Shown: piece after piece, positions 45,418 through 59,400 of the stretch
Layout of the letters: each line of letters begins with the position of its first letter
How positions within the stretch are numbered: position 1 is the stretch's first letter
DNA from: Tubulanus polymorphus
Taxonomy: Eukaryota; Animalia; Nemertea
NCBI RefSeq assembly: GCF_964204645.1
Contig: NC_134035.1
Span: 2,294,001 to 2,358,000 of the forward strand
DNA length: 64,000 bases
Direction: 5' to 3'
The notes under the pieces: model-generated
Told to the model about the DNA's origin: nothing
The model's database searches: none
What the model saw: the letters and a program-made list of their open reading frames with translations, nothing else
Made by a program: the position numbers and the translations under genes

Positions 45418-48161
45418 ATAAACAGTATATTAACAAGATGTTCAATGAATGGAATGAACAACTATCGTCGCATATTTCTGGGGGAATGGAAAAAACGCGA
45501 AATCCAGTTTTATGCAACGACCATTGCATTTTTGCTTTTCTTACTCGAAAAACTCAAACAATAAGCATTTTACTAATATATACATATACATATAGTGTAT
45601 CGCATTTCGACAGATATTGTTTGGTAAACACATGTAACGTCAATCAGCTCAATAAAATAATGGATGGAAAATGTACAATTAAAATTCCAAGTCAATGCCC
45701 GATGATGCGAAAACCACACATAAAATCTGAAATCTATCAGCAAAAACTTTCCACTTGAAAATCAACTTCTACTTCGCGTACCGATTTAATCACGCGGTAG
45801 TAGGCAGACGCGGCAACAATTTCTCAAGTCTCAAACATATAGTTAAGTGTCACGGCAACAAAATAATCGGAGAAACAAGTCGAGTATAATAAACTGATCC
45901 CGAACAACTTCCGAATAACTGGTTTAGGCTACAACTTAGAAACATGAGATGGCGATAACGCAAAAACCAACTGTAACGCTCGAGACACGGTTAAGGTTAC
46001 TTAGTTCATTTTCAACATTTTCAAATTCCTGGGTCGCATTCTAGAGTTGTGAGTTAGAGTTAACTCCGAGTTGAAGTCAGTTCAATTTCATGGAGTTCAC
46101 TCTTGAGTCAAATCTTAACTGGATCCTACAGTTCCACAGTTGTGAGTTGAACCATTGATAATGGACTGATTTCAACTCAGAGTTAATTCTAACTGACAAC
46201 TGTGGAACCAGGCCGTAAAGTCTGATTGAACCCAGAACTGCAGAACCGAGTCCTTTTTCGTTATAACTCTGAGTAATGTCGAGGAGATTTGTAAAACCGT
46301 TCTAGCGGGGACGTATAATGAAACTGAAACTACAGTAAGGGGAGGGTATCTATAGACTGTCAGTTCTCTCATCTCGCGACCATGAGACAACAAAAAACTT
46401 AATTTACGTAATTTACACAACAAACACGACCATCACAGATAATAATAATAATAGTATATCTTATCATACAATCACAATATAGAATATCGAACTCGACAAC
46501 TGACTGATTGTTACAGCTCTAAAATCTCGCCGGAACGCAGCTCGAATACGCATTACTTCAATCAACGAATGGCTAAAGAATTATAGATTTTCTATATTCA
46601 ACAGACCAGAGTGTCTAGATCAAGCGCAGATGACTCGGGCTAAAATCAGACTCAGCTCGTGCCTTCTAAGAGAACGCGTTCACACGTAAACCACTTATAC
46701 GATACTAAGCATAGCACGCTAGAATGTCCTGGCCCAAAAAAAAATTGGTCGGGCCAAACAGGCAATGCCCCTTTTAGAATATGTGTGAAAATCTGTTCCA
46801 AGCCTAAGTTGGCATGGGCTAAACATGCGATTGCGGCTATTCTCAGACTTACTCGATGAATAACAAACTTCAGAGAAATACCATTCGAGCTGCTTTATCC
46901 CGAAGATCATAGTCATTTCAGCTTAAGTTGATTTCATCAATGTGCCTATAGTTTACGATGAAGCGAACAATTTTCTCGGAAAGTGTGAACTTGCGTACGA
47001 TACATCGATTAGAAATGAACCTTTTTTTTTACAGGAGATGATTATCATACAAATAATATTTATTATCATACTACATGAATTCGGTCCCAAATTTTACTAC
47101 CTATAAAAATGTTACGGCTATATATCATCATTCCCTGAATCATCTTCATTTGTACCTTGAAATTTTATACCTGATCAAAAATTGATATCGAAAAAAACAA
47201 AAAAAATTAATACGAAATTTCCTTTCAAACGTTTTGAATTGAATACGTTCAATGGGCGTACAAAAAGTATACACGAAATTTCGTGCCTATAAATCGCAAA
47301 TGAAACCCTGGAAATCATAGCATAATTTATTAACTGAGAATAAATCATTAATGATGAATTTTGTTAATAAACAAAGAAAAATTTGGGTGAAAATGAGCGT
47401 GGGCCTGCAATAATACCATCCTTTCTCTCTCGCAATAGAGTTTCTGGTGTACTGTGCAGTGCTCGTACCTAGCCACATTTTCGGAAATCATACATTTGAA
47501 GCCAATTTTTCAAAAGAACATTTGAAAGCTGCATCTCGTCCAAGCTCAGACTCTTTCAATCCGTTAATGGATTGAATTCGAATCAGGATAACGAAAAACA
47601 AATCAGAAATGTACACACACCCAAACCGTCCAGCGCGACGGCCACAGCGCGGAAATACGCACGACCTCTATTCAGAAAAATAGGTCTAAATGAGAACACC
47701 GAATAAAACAATAAAACTCTAACTCTAAGAAACGAAAAGAGAAAAGAACGAATGAAGAAACAAATGAAATACCAAGTAAACCCTGAGAATATAAAAATCA
47801 CATGTCGAATCGTTTTTTTTTTTTCTTCTAAAACTCGAAAAGCAGCATTCATAACTCGTCGATTGAGTGCAAGTGAGGTACATTTCGTTGAAAGGCGAAA
47901 CGTTGCTTACTCAGTTTTAATCGTATTTATATTTCGGATAACGTCGCGCGTCGGGCTTCGTTCAATACGAACTTATATATCATTCATTCAAATGTAGAGA
48001 AACATTTTCATTTACAATTTTATACACGAACATACATAAATTCGATCTTGTTTATAACCGTGATAGGTAAGGAGGGATGGACGAGTTAGTTCCACGGTTG
48101 CGCATTATCTTGCAACGCAAACTTAATCGAACCCGTAACCGCGGAACTTGTACCCGAATTA

Positions 48162-48466
48162 AAGCCGCGTTCACACCAATGCCGGTCAGTCAGTTCCTAT
48201 TTGGCCCATAGCCATAACGGACCAATTTAGAACGGACCAAATCAATTTTAAAATCAAGATATTTACATTGGTCCAGCGAGATACAACTCTGCGATTGGCG
48301 GAAAATTGAGTTTCTACAATTCACACACGAAGAAATAGTCCATTCTAAATTTCAGAATGGACCAAGTATTTACACTAGCAAAAAGAAGTCTGTTCTAAAT
48401 TGGTCGATTCAAAATTGGAACACACTAAATTCAGAACGTTCTATAAACATTGCATGAACGCGGCTT
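48162..48466. mobile_element. MITE with TIR aagccgcgttca
   Basis: aagccgcgttcacacc...gcatgaacgcggctt, with internal (a)acggaccaa subrepeats. Confidence 0.6.
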
Positions 48467-49108
48467 GTATCAATCAAACTATGAATCCGTACTCATGCAG
48501 AGAGACCCCAATTGATAAATTCTACTATTCTATCGATTTCGCTTGGAAAACAAAATGGCCACCGGGTCGACGGGCAATACCGACCTGTAGCGCCATCTAT
48601 GCACGAACGATGCAACCAGCGCTTTATGCCCACCATAGACAAGAACGTTCGCGCTTAGCTACGAAAGAGAGAGAGAATACATGTTACATTTAGCACCACA
48701 AATATCGTAATAGTTCTTCGCAAGAGATTCCCTGAAATTTCAGGCAATTCGTAAAGTTGTTTCGTTCGTTCGAAAAGTTGCGCCTTTTCAATCATTCATT
48801 CGTTCATTCATTTGCACGAATCTATCCACGCGCGAGGAAGTACAAGTCATTCGGGGAACCGTTTCTTAGAAATAACAGTTACTACAGTAAATTCATGGAC
48901 AGCGAATACGATTGTCAAATCGTGATATCGAGTTAGAGTCGATTTGATTCGCTGCGTTCGACCGTCAACATCTGACTGCGTTGGTATCATCAACCTTTGG
49001 CATATTTCAACTACAATTTCTCATCTCAAAAATAGTAATTCAATTGAAAATGAATCAGAAACCCTTTAGCATTTGAGCATTTTCTTTACATTTTTAGGAG
49101 TAATTCAG

Positions 49109-49394
49109 CAGGGCTGCCAACTGAAAAGTGATATCAGTAACAATTAGTGTTCTCTTCAGTAATCAACAGTAAGACTCTCAGTAACATCTTTCATATTTCC
49201 GTTCAAATTAATCAGTAATCAACAGTAAGACCCTCAGTAACATCTTTCATATTTCTGTTCAAATTAATCAGTAATCAACGGTAAGACCCTCAGTAACATC
49301 TTTCATATTTCTGTATGCATCAAACGAATCATATCAGTATTTCTCATTGCAGAAAGTAACAAATACTGAAAATCAGGAATAGTTGGCAGCTCTG
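49109..49394. mobile_element. hAT-like MITE carrying three 56-bp internal repeats
   Basis: TIRs cagggctgccaact...agttggcagctctg; repeats start at 49157, 49213 and 49269. No clear TSD. Confidence 0.6.
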
Positions 49395-50455
49395 GACTAG
49401 CGGTAGTCAGGTGGTGACGGTCGAAATTGGGCAAAATTTTTTCAAAACGAACTGAAAATCTTTCCCATGGGTTAGCCCGGAGTAAAATCCGGGTATAAGA
49501 CGATCAAGTGGAAAAGGAACCATTTTCTAAACATACAAACAGTCAATATCTACGCGTATTGACGTTTCTACAACGTTTTCCATATGTCCTAATGATGTCC
49601 TCTCGCGATCGAATAATCAGTCATATTTATATATATATTATATATATATACTATTTACACCACGCACACAGACGCACGAGAGATGCACCTGCAGATAATG
49701 ATGACAAAAATTCAAAAGTGCCGTTCATTCTCTTAACAAAACTTCAACGACGACGACGCGCGGGCGCGTACAAATAATAATATCAATAGTAACAGAATGT
49801 GTGAACACGAGGACATCATTGAATATCCCGAACGACGCGACCCGTTGATGATAACGACGACGATGATGACGATGATGATGTGCGGTGATTGTCGAGAGAT
49901 CTGATTACGCGATGCAATCTGCGCGACGAAACGGGTTTCCGACGAAACCCCGCAGCAGCGATTCCCGATTGAAAACGCTCCGCCGGCCGCTTCTATCCAG
50001 TTTACAGATTTTACGCTTTCGCGGAATATGTAGAGCTTAGCTTCTGGTCGAAACGAACGCGACAGAAAATTCCGGAAACCAATGGAAACCTGCCGCACGC
50101 AGCGCCCGTTAAGAGTGGCGTACACCACGCAGTTATAGCGTACAGCAATAGAGTAACCGCCATTTTGAATATTTCTAACAATCGAATGCGGTCGACTTCC
50201 ATCGCGAATAGGTTCTGTTTGATTAACGTCGATGATCGATATAAAATTGCAACTGAACCTCTTCGCCCTATTCCGTGTATTACGAATCATTCATTCGTAT
50301 ATATATAAGAAATAAATGTGTTGCGTCCAGCTAGATACTGTTTATAGTATAAAATGAAATAAGACATGTTTTAAAGTTGTAGAACACTCATTCTCGATCA
50401 CTCGCGCCTCACTCACTCACACACGCATGTGTTTAACTATGAACGCCACCTAATA

Positions 50456-53400
50456 TCAAATCGACGTTTCTACGCTCGGCGTCGATAACAGAACCTTCTC
50501 CGGGTTCGTTTCGTCGTCAGCCGCCGTCGACGACGAGGATTTGGTCCGTCTGCTCGCCGCCGCCGATGTGCGAGACGGCGTCGGCGCGCGCATCGTCACG
50601 CCGGGCGACATGTGCGCGCGATTCTCGGGCGCGTGCGCAATCGACTTCACGGTCGCTAGTGGAGGCGCCGTTAATTTCGGCGTCGCCTGGTATACGAGTT
50701 CGGTTCTCGGTCGCGGAGCCGCCGCCGGTGATTCCGTGTAACCGGGCGGTCCGTGAGGTTCTAATTCGGGAGCGCTGTTACGATGCGACGACGTTTTACC
50801 GTCGGCGTCTGCGCGCTGTTGACCGGCGTGTTCCTCCGGGTCGGACAGCGTGCTGAAACGGTTCGTATAAACGTGCGATGGAGACGACGATGTACCTTCT
50901 TTGTTGCTGCTGTTGCCGTCGTCGACCTTTTTCTTATTCGAAGCGCAACACGTGTTTGGATAACAATTCTTGTCGGGTCCGCACTCGAGGGCGCAGTGAC
51001 GACCTTCCTTCGGCTCGGTCAACTGAAATAAACGATTAGTAAATTCATCGAAACTGAAAGAACAAGTTCACATCTAATTCTGATGGAGTGTGGAGGTGAT
51101 GGACAGACAGTGAGGTGTCTGTGCTGAGAATTGTGTTCATGCATGATTTCTATCCGCTAGAACTATTCAAAAGTGGAGACTATGCTAACACACCTTGAAC
51201 CATACACATGACCCAGTTGCCCAACAGTGATTTATTCTTAAATCATAACACTGGTCTTAAATTGTTAGATTGGCTATAGAACCAAAATGAGCTTAGACAG
51301 GTCTTAAGATGCCAGTAAGATTTGTTATGGAACTAAAATGAGCTTTGGCAGGTCTTAAGTTGTTAGATTAGCTACTATAGAACCACAATGAGTTTGTAAT
51401 GGTCTTTAGTCGTTAGAATGGATATAGAACTAAAATGACTTCAGACTGGTCTTAAGTTGTTAAAAACCAAAATGAAGTTGAACTGGTCTTAGGTTGTGAG
51501 ATTGGCTATAAGACGAACTAAGCCGTGAAAGGGTAACTGGCCTATATTCGTTTTCACATCATGTACTCATGTTTGCAATGACTCGATTAAGACAACTAAC
51601 TCTGTACTCACGTCTTCAAACTCTGGTTGTATAGTCGTGGAATGGATGCCTTCGTCGTGAAAGAACTCTTTCACCTGTTCGGCGATGCGCATGTATTCGC
51701 CGAGATTGCGACATCGAATGTGGGCAGACGCGATAATCCGATCACCGGCCAGACGCCACACGTGGAACTCGTGTACAGCCAACACGCCATCTACCTGTAA
51801 ATATACAAAATAACAACACATGACAGTACCAGCGTTTACAAATTCCCTGAGTTTACCATGTGATTATACATTATTCCCCAAGTGAATCAGAGAAATTTCT
51901 AGATCCAAAATGTTACATATCCTTCAGTTTTCATTGAATCACACAGTGAAATGAAACACCTGGTCATATCTATAACATTATCAAAATTTCCTGAGTTTTC
52001 TTGTAAAAATTTCTCAAATCCCTGGTTTTCCAGGATCACCCAGTCCAGTGGTTGTCTCCACAGAGATCTCCGTCGATCTACGATCCTAGTGTAACCAACA
52101 TCAGTACACTAAGTTTCTTGGTGAAGTCATTGCCCACTCTGAGTACTAGCCCTAAGGTTCTTGGTGAATACATTGGCCACCCTGAGTACTAGCCCTAAGG
52201 TTCTTGGTGAAGTCATTTGCCACCCTGAGTACTAGCCCTAAGGTTCTTGGTGAATACATTTGCCACCCTGAGTACTAGCCCTAAGGTTCTTGGTGAATAC
52301 ATTGGCCACCCTGAGTACTAGCCCTACGGTTCTTGGTGAAGTCATTGGCCACCCTGAGTACTAGCCCTAAGGTTCTTGGTGAAATCATTGGCCCACCAGA
52401 GAACTAGCCCTGTTCTTTATCCCGTCTACTGCCCGAATTTCCTTCAGTCGATCGTAACTTACATTCTGTACGAGTCTATCCTGGATTTCTTTCACTTGTA
52501 TATGAGTAGGTACGGTTTGTAGTAGAATTAAACTTGTCTCTTTTACTGAAATATAAAAACAAAGCTGTAGCGAAATCGAAAAATCAATGGAGACGAGGCT
52601 TCGAGTCAGACAGACGCGCGTAAGAACTGCATGTCATTTCATAGAAAGGTGTCTTTGATCTTATTTTCATGGACTGAAGCTGCTGGAAAAATGGATATTC
52701 TTTGAAATCAAGCCGAAATATATCTGAAAATTCGTACAACTTTTATCTCGGTAATTTCACATTTTTTTATCTCATTAACAGCAGTCTATGGGGTACATTC
52801 ATAGTACGAGTACCTGTTGACTATTATCAAAACTATGTACGATATTTACAAAACTTTATCAGATATGGCTAAGAACCACGAGTCCATATAAACTCTTAAT
52901 TAATACTTTGGTCTTTAGCAATGTGCACAACACTCACAGATAACACAATCATGATACAAAGGTTGAACTAGGAAAAGATGAAGACAAAGGCCCAAATAAG
53001 GCATAAGCAGAGACATATACCAAGATTTGGGGAATGCATTTGCGGTCAAATCATTTAGGCTATTTGACTCAGAAGCTTTTAGGCTGATATTTACAGCCCT
53101 TTGAAATATAAGACGGGCTGTCCAAATGCCCTAAGAGAGCCCTCTAGATCAGCCCTAGAGAAGTTCCTTTTCGTTGAACTCAAGCCCAACATACATGATC
53201 AAAGGCAATACAGAAGACACAGAACCATGTTTCTGAACATTTGCTTGTGTCGTTTGCTTGATTCGGTTTACGGGAAATCCAGATCAAAGTCACGATTGCT
53301 AAAACACTATATCCGTGTTGAAGCGATGTAGAGAGAATCCGACAATAATAACGGAAAAAACAGTCCGAAAATGTAACTGAAGCTAGTAGTTTCCACTATA

Positions 53401-56400
53401 TCCTATTAGTCATCTTCAGGAATAATGATTCTGTTTTTTCGTTATTATTGTCCGATTCTCTTTAAAGTCATTTTCTTGTATACTAATGAACAAATATGCT
53501 GCAAATATCGTCCGGATTTTCGGATTAGCATATTCACCATTCGGTGAAAACTGCAAAGACGGACGAACACATGTGACTTACGTAGAGGTATGGCAGACGC
53601 GAGCATGATGAACACCATCACCATACTGAGTCCCGGATCGATGTAGTACTTCCAGTCGCCGTCGACGAGCCAGATCACCAACGCCGATATGATCACGATC
53701 ACGGAGCCGAGAGCGTCGCCGAGTACGTGCAGGAATACCCCTCGCATGTTCAACTGAGAACTGGCGCTTTCTTCTGCAAATACGCGATAAAACACGAAAT
53801 ATATATTATTCATACTTGTGACAAATCAAAAATGCAATGCGTCGTTCAAAATGTACATATCCTGACTGAAGAAGTTTGATGCTATCGTAACGAATTATTA
53901 GGCTAAAAAAGATTGATACCTTGTTTCTGTCTCATTTCTGCCGAGCTTTAAAGTTAACCCGGCCAGTCGCCTATCTACCCTGTACATAACTTCTTTTTTT
54001 TAAAATCATGATCAAGTTAACTATAACACAACTGGCAGCTATAGAAATATACCGATCACAAATTTCATTGCAGGTTACATAAGTGACCTGGCCAATTAGC
54101 AGAAACAAGGTAAACATCTTTTTGACCTTATTGCGTCATTTTATAAGAATTCATGACACGTTCAAATAGTGAATAAACAAGAGAATGCTCTAAACTGTTA
54201 TCATTTTTTTGGATATTCCAGTTTCAAAATTTGTTAGATTTGTAATTAAGTAAATAGGCTTTCGCCCGAAAATAAAGAGACCAAGTGAACAAGTGCTTTA
54301 GGATAATTTATACGAGCATCGATCTGTAACCTGGCATAACCACCTGCTTCAGATATTCATTCAACATTTTAGTATGGACCGTGTCTCTTCAGAACAGTGG
54401 CCAATAAAATTACTACGTCTATATACCTCCCGGGATTTGTGGTTAATTAGGAAAATAAAAATGTCCCAGGCGGGTGAACAAAACGAACAGAGTCTGAATG
54501 ATTAGAATTGAAATTGAATGTCTGAAGGGTTGAAGCTACAGATTGATACATGCTTAATGGAGGCATTGAACTTCTCTAGCAGAAGATAAAATACAGTATT
54601 GTAAGAACAAGAATGTCAACACAGAAGCATGTCTATACATATGTATGCACATATCTGTACATGCTACATGCACATATCTTAACATGTAAATAGCTGTACT
54701 AATTGCATATACATGTATATACATTTACATGTTACGTGAATGGACACGCTACATGGACATATCATGGAGTAATCAGATGAATTACTCCAAGTCTTAACAT
54801 ACTACTTGTACATGTCTAGACATTTACATGCATGTGTCTGGACATGTATATACATGTACATGAACATGCTTCATGCACATTATATACATGTCAATAAACA
54901 TGCTAGATGTACATACGTATCTGTACATGTTACATGCACATAGCTATACATGTACGATGCCAAGAACACTTGATCTATAATACATGCCAACTCATAAATT
55001 GCCAGAAAACTATTGGACAAACAAACAAATCAACAAATACAGACAAGACAAACTAAAAAACATGTGCGAATAAGAATTTCTTGCAGCATAACAATAATTT
55101 TGAAAAAGAAGGCATTCCCCACTCGAGAGACAACTGCGACAAATTGTAAAGCTACCACCAAAACTAACGACAAGTTCAAATCATTTAGTTTTTTTTAGTT
55201 TTGTCTTAATTTTTAGAAAATTTCATTCGTTGAAGTGACCGTGTACACATTGCAGCGAGTGAATAGGGTAGAGATAGTGCGTAGGATAGCGACACCTATC
55301 ACCGAGCATGAGCACTGCTAACACCGCACTTGCGGGGTATTTAACTACGCGAAGCGAAGCCATCCTAATTCGGCAGAAGTCGGCGAGGTTTATTGCGCAA
55401 TTCATGGAATCGAATAATTGGAAATGCGAACAAATTTGGAAAGTTCCACAAACGATATCGAAGAACGCTTGCTCCTCGTGGCTGTGTCGGTCGAACTTAC
55501 TTAAATCACAGTTCGTAAGATTGTTTATCTATAAGACTACGAGAACTGGGATGTTTTGGCACAGGCGAAGTTGGCCCGGATCAGACCGGAGTCAAATTTC
55601 GCCCGCGTTTAATTGGAGAGCGCGTAAATCAAACGTAAATCACTCCCTCGTTGGTAAAACGCCGTTAAAATGATGTCGTTTGCAAGTGAAGTGAGTCACT
55701 TCCACAACAATTTAGCATTCATATGCAAAAACGCTTGCGTGATCGCAGCTTATATCGTCGACTTATCCAAACGGTGCCTTACACTTGGTAGGCTACAAAT
55801 TGGGACTAAAAACATAGAGAAACGGCTTAAGTGAGTTCGACCAACAGTTACGTAAGATTTTTGAATTCAAATGAGCGCGGAAATTTCCGGTGAAAATAAC
55901 TATGCAGGGAAAACCATTTGAGCAAGCGTATCTCGATAACGATGGATATATCATCGTCTGGAGTCGGTACCAACCTTCGAAACGAGCTTCCAATGAACTG
56001 GGTTGTTCAGGGCCTACGGGATACACATACAATTACATAATCGCTCGATGAACTTTTAAACAACATTCTATATATTCTTAAAGATATCGAAATCCTGAGC
56101 TTGTTTTTCACTCTGCACATTGATCGGCGCGCACGGAAAGACGAAAGACATTTCACGTATAATTGTTAATTTCTCGAGTTAACGCCTAGTGCTTTTACGT
56201 TTGTTAAAATACATGCAAATTACGTGACGAGTAACATGACATTTACGTCGTTAAGATCCATTAGAATTCTAAAAATTGATTTTTTTGGAAAATAAGTGCG
56301 AACTTGAACCGATAAAACCTGAATGTACTTGAGTATTAATAAGTGCTTAAAATATGACGAAATCGAAATCAGTTTTCGGAACGCGAATGTCATGTTTTTA

Positions 56401-59400
56401 GATTTTAACCGAGGACCTAGCTCCATATAGTTACGGGTTGAAGAAACTTTGACTACGAAGGCAAAATATAGACTAATCTGGAGCCGGGTCCAAAGCAATG
56501 GCATCTAATGACTATGTACATATCTCGGCTACTACGTACATGAAGTGGTTTTTTTCAAACCAAAACAAAAAGAAAAAATAGTAAGACAAAGCAAGAAAAT
56601 ATTATATAGCAACAACAGTTTCAAACAGGCATTTGACTATAAATAACTTCATAATCTTTTAAATTGTTCGATAGAAATAAGATTTTTTTTTAAATAAGAA
56701 AAAAAAGAATATGAAAAATAACCCGAATCGGACCAATTTTTGACAAATGTCATTGCTACACACACGTTAAAGTGAAAGGAGATAAATTGAGAAAAAACAA
56801 AGAAGAGAAAAAAATGAACTGAAAAACGTTATTGTGAAAATAGGACGTGACGAAATGAAAGTGGAGAAATAAGGGATGAAGAAAAAAATGGGAGAACGTA
56901 TGGAGAAAAACACGCGGAAAGAATCGCGGGTAATGAAGGGTTTTAAACGAACGTTACCTTTCTCTAAAAACTTCACTGAAAAAATCATCGAGAAAATGCA
57001 AAATGTAAGACAACACGTAATAACGATAAATCAAGAAAAACGGCAGACGATAATAAGACAATGTAATGCAATACAGCAGCAGACCCGGGGCCGGTTGCTC
57101 AAAGATTTGTCAAAGTTAACCAGTGGATAGTTGACATGGTGACAATTAAAAGTTCATTGTTGCTATGGTATTTATCCGCCGGTTATCATCTTTAACCAAC
57201 TTTTGAACAACCGGCCCGAGACTACCTGATATCTGACCACACTAGATTGATATATCTCTAATTCTAGAAGTTTTTACCAAAATGAGAGTAATTTGACTTC
57301 AAAATTTATTGAAATTGGACTAGAAATTATTCTGACTTCAGGAGTATTGTGATATTTTATGGTAGTTGAGCTCTTAACACGTTCTCTGCGACCGTTCTCT
57401 GGTGCCGCCCCCAGATTGCCACGACGAGTTATACTTTTAGTCGACAGTGAACGTGTCAAAAAGAGGAGACCCAACTCTCAAATAGTAGCCGTAGTCAGGT
57501 CTGAATATACACAATAAAACTAAGGACACCGTCGGAAATAATTTGCCGATCGAGTCAGAGATGTTCGTTAAATCGACCGGCGACTAATTCCGACCGTTAA
57601 TTCTGTCTATCAAAATTTTGATAAATATCGAAGTACACGACCGATAGTAGAAGAGCGACCACGAATCTCACGACGATGAAAGTACAGTTCGGTAAATCTA
57701 TAGCGTGCGTAGATTTGTGGTCACCCGCTATCAACTCGACTAAGCTACGTTATTTATACATTCGAAACACCGTGAAGCATGCGAACATGCGCTGAGTTTC
57801 ATCGTCAGATAAAGAAATGAAGAGAAGAGTTTACGGCCAGAGAAAAATTGTCATTGAATCAGCGTTTTGAAATCAACCTTAACAGTACTGGGGCCGTTTG
57901 GGGGGGGGGGGCCACTTATCATCGAATATGCATGCATCCCTCGAGGTAAGTTAACCTTTACAGTACTAGGGCCGTTTGGGAGGGGGGCACTATTCATCAA
58001 ATATGCATGCATCCATCTGGTAGTATAGTAGATTCATTGGGTCATACAAAACGCTTAAATCGGCATCTACAACAAACGCTCCCTTAACACTGCTGTATAT
58101 GGAGCTGAATTGATATAGCGAACTGCAGTACAGTTGGTCCAGGGAGGTAATGAGCAGTCGACCGGGAAAGAGCGTCAGAATCGAAAAGGATCGGACAAAG
58201 AAAAGGTTTCAGACAGCGGATTAGAGGGTAGAAGGAATCATAGCCGAAGGTCGTAGAAACAAAGGTAGAAAATTGCTTCAGAAAACAGGGGCCAAATTGA
58301 AGATATGTAATTGATTTAATAGAGTTTTGATCGGTTCAGAATAGGAAAGTTTTACAGTACGAGGTGATTCAGTGATTAGGTGAAGCGTTATACGGCGAGT
58401 ACAGAAAGCAGCTCTGGTATGTGAGGAAGAGGAAGGATCAGGCGTGGATTCCTCGATCGTACGTTACGCGGCGAACTCACCTTCTTCGTGTTTCGGTTCT
58501 TCCTTTTTACTTTTCGAGAATTTCTTCAAAAATCCGAAAGGTTTGCCGCGCGTTTCTACGTCGGGCAGTTCGTCGTCGGGACTGCCGGGCTTCGAAGTCG
58601 CCGTGTTGTCTGGTACCTGCCGGTGAAAATAATAATAATAGTAATAATAATAATAATAATAATAATTTAACTTAATAAGTTAACTAAAAACCTATGTTGA
58701 AGTTTCTTTTCAAGGTAATGTAAAGGTCTATATATGATGATTATCTTGCAGTCACGTTCAAGAGGACTAAGCTTTTCAAACCCTTCTGAATTTGCCGACT
58801 AAAACCCAGTAGCAGGTGGTAGGGTCTACGCTATTATCTGAGCTTTAAGCGCGGCACATTTGGTAATTGAAATAGAGTGAAAATTATCTAGTATATTATC
58901 ATTATCTATTCGCGAAATGCGAGATCCAGTTTGACAGATACGAGTCAGAGTTAGAGTCATAAAATTCATTAATTTTCAATGAGTAAACTCTTGAGTCAAG
59001 TCTCTACTCCGAATGGTGGAACCGGGTTCTGATTTTCGGTTGAAATTCAAATTACCTGTATAACAATACTGCCGGTTTCTCCGTTGCATAGTTGTGGCGG
59101 TGATTTCACCGAATCGGGAGAATCTACTTTCGGTAATAATTTATCCTTGTGTCCTCCGTGCGAATGGCCGTGCCCTCCGCCGCCGCCGCCACCACCCCCG
59201 CCATGAGAATGGCCGTGTCCGCCACCCCCGCCGTGAGAATGACCTGCGAAATGGAAACAGATATACATATGAATTGTAAAAATATATCGTAAAAGTCCGG
59301 CTATATGCAAAATATTTGAATTCAAATTTATTTCAAAATTGGAATCTTAATAAATGTATCACAGCGAAGGTGTTAAGATTAACTGTTGTTAGTTAGGATA

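Noticed and set aside
49733-50290. 185-aa ORF just downstream of the ZnT1 stop
   Set aside because: No recognisable domain or splice support; ZnT1 has TGA followed closely by an in-frame TAG, so read-through is implausible. Most likely 3' UTR.
55223-55405. Short ORF in ZnT1 intron 4 as a possible cassette exon or micropeptide
   Set aside because: No phase-compatible splice sites identified and no recognisable similarity.
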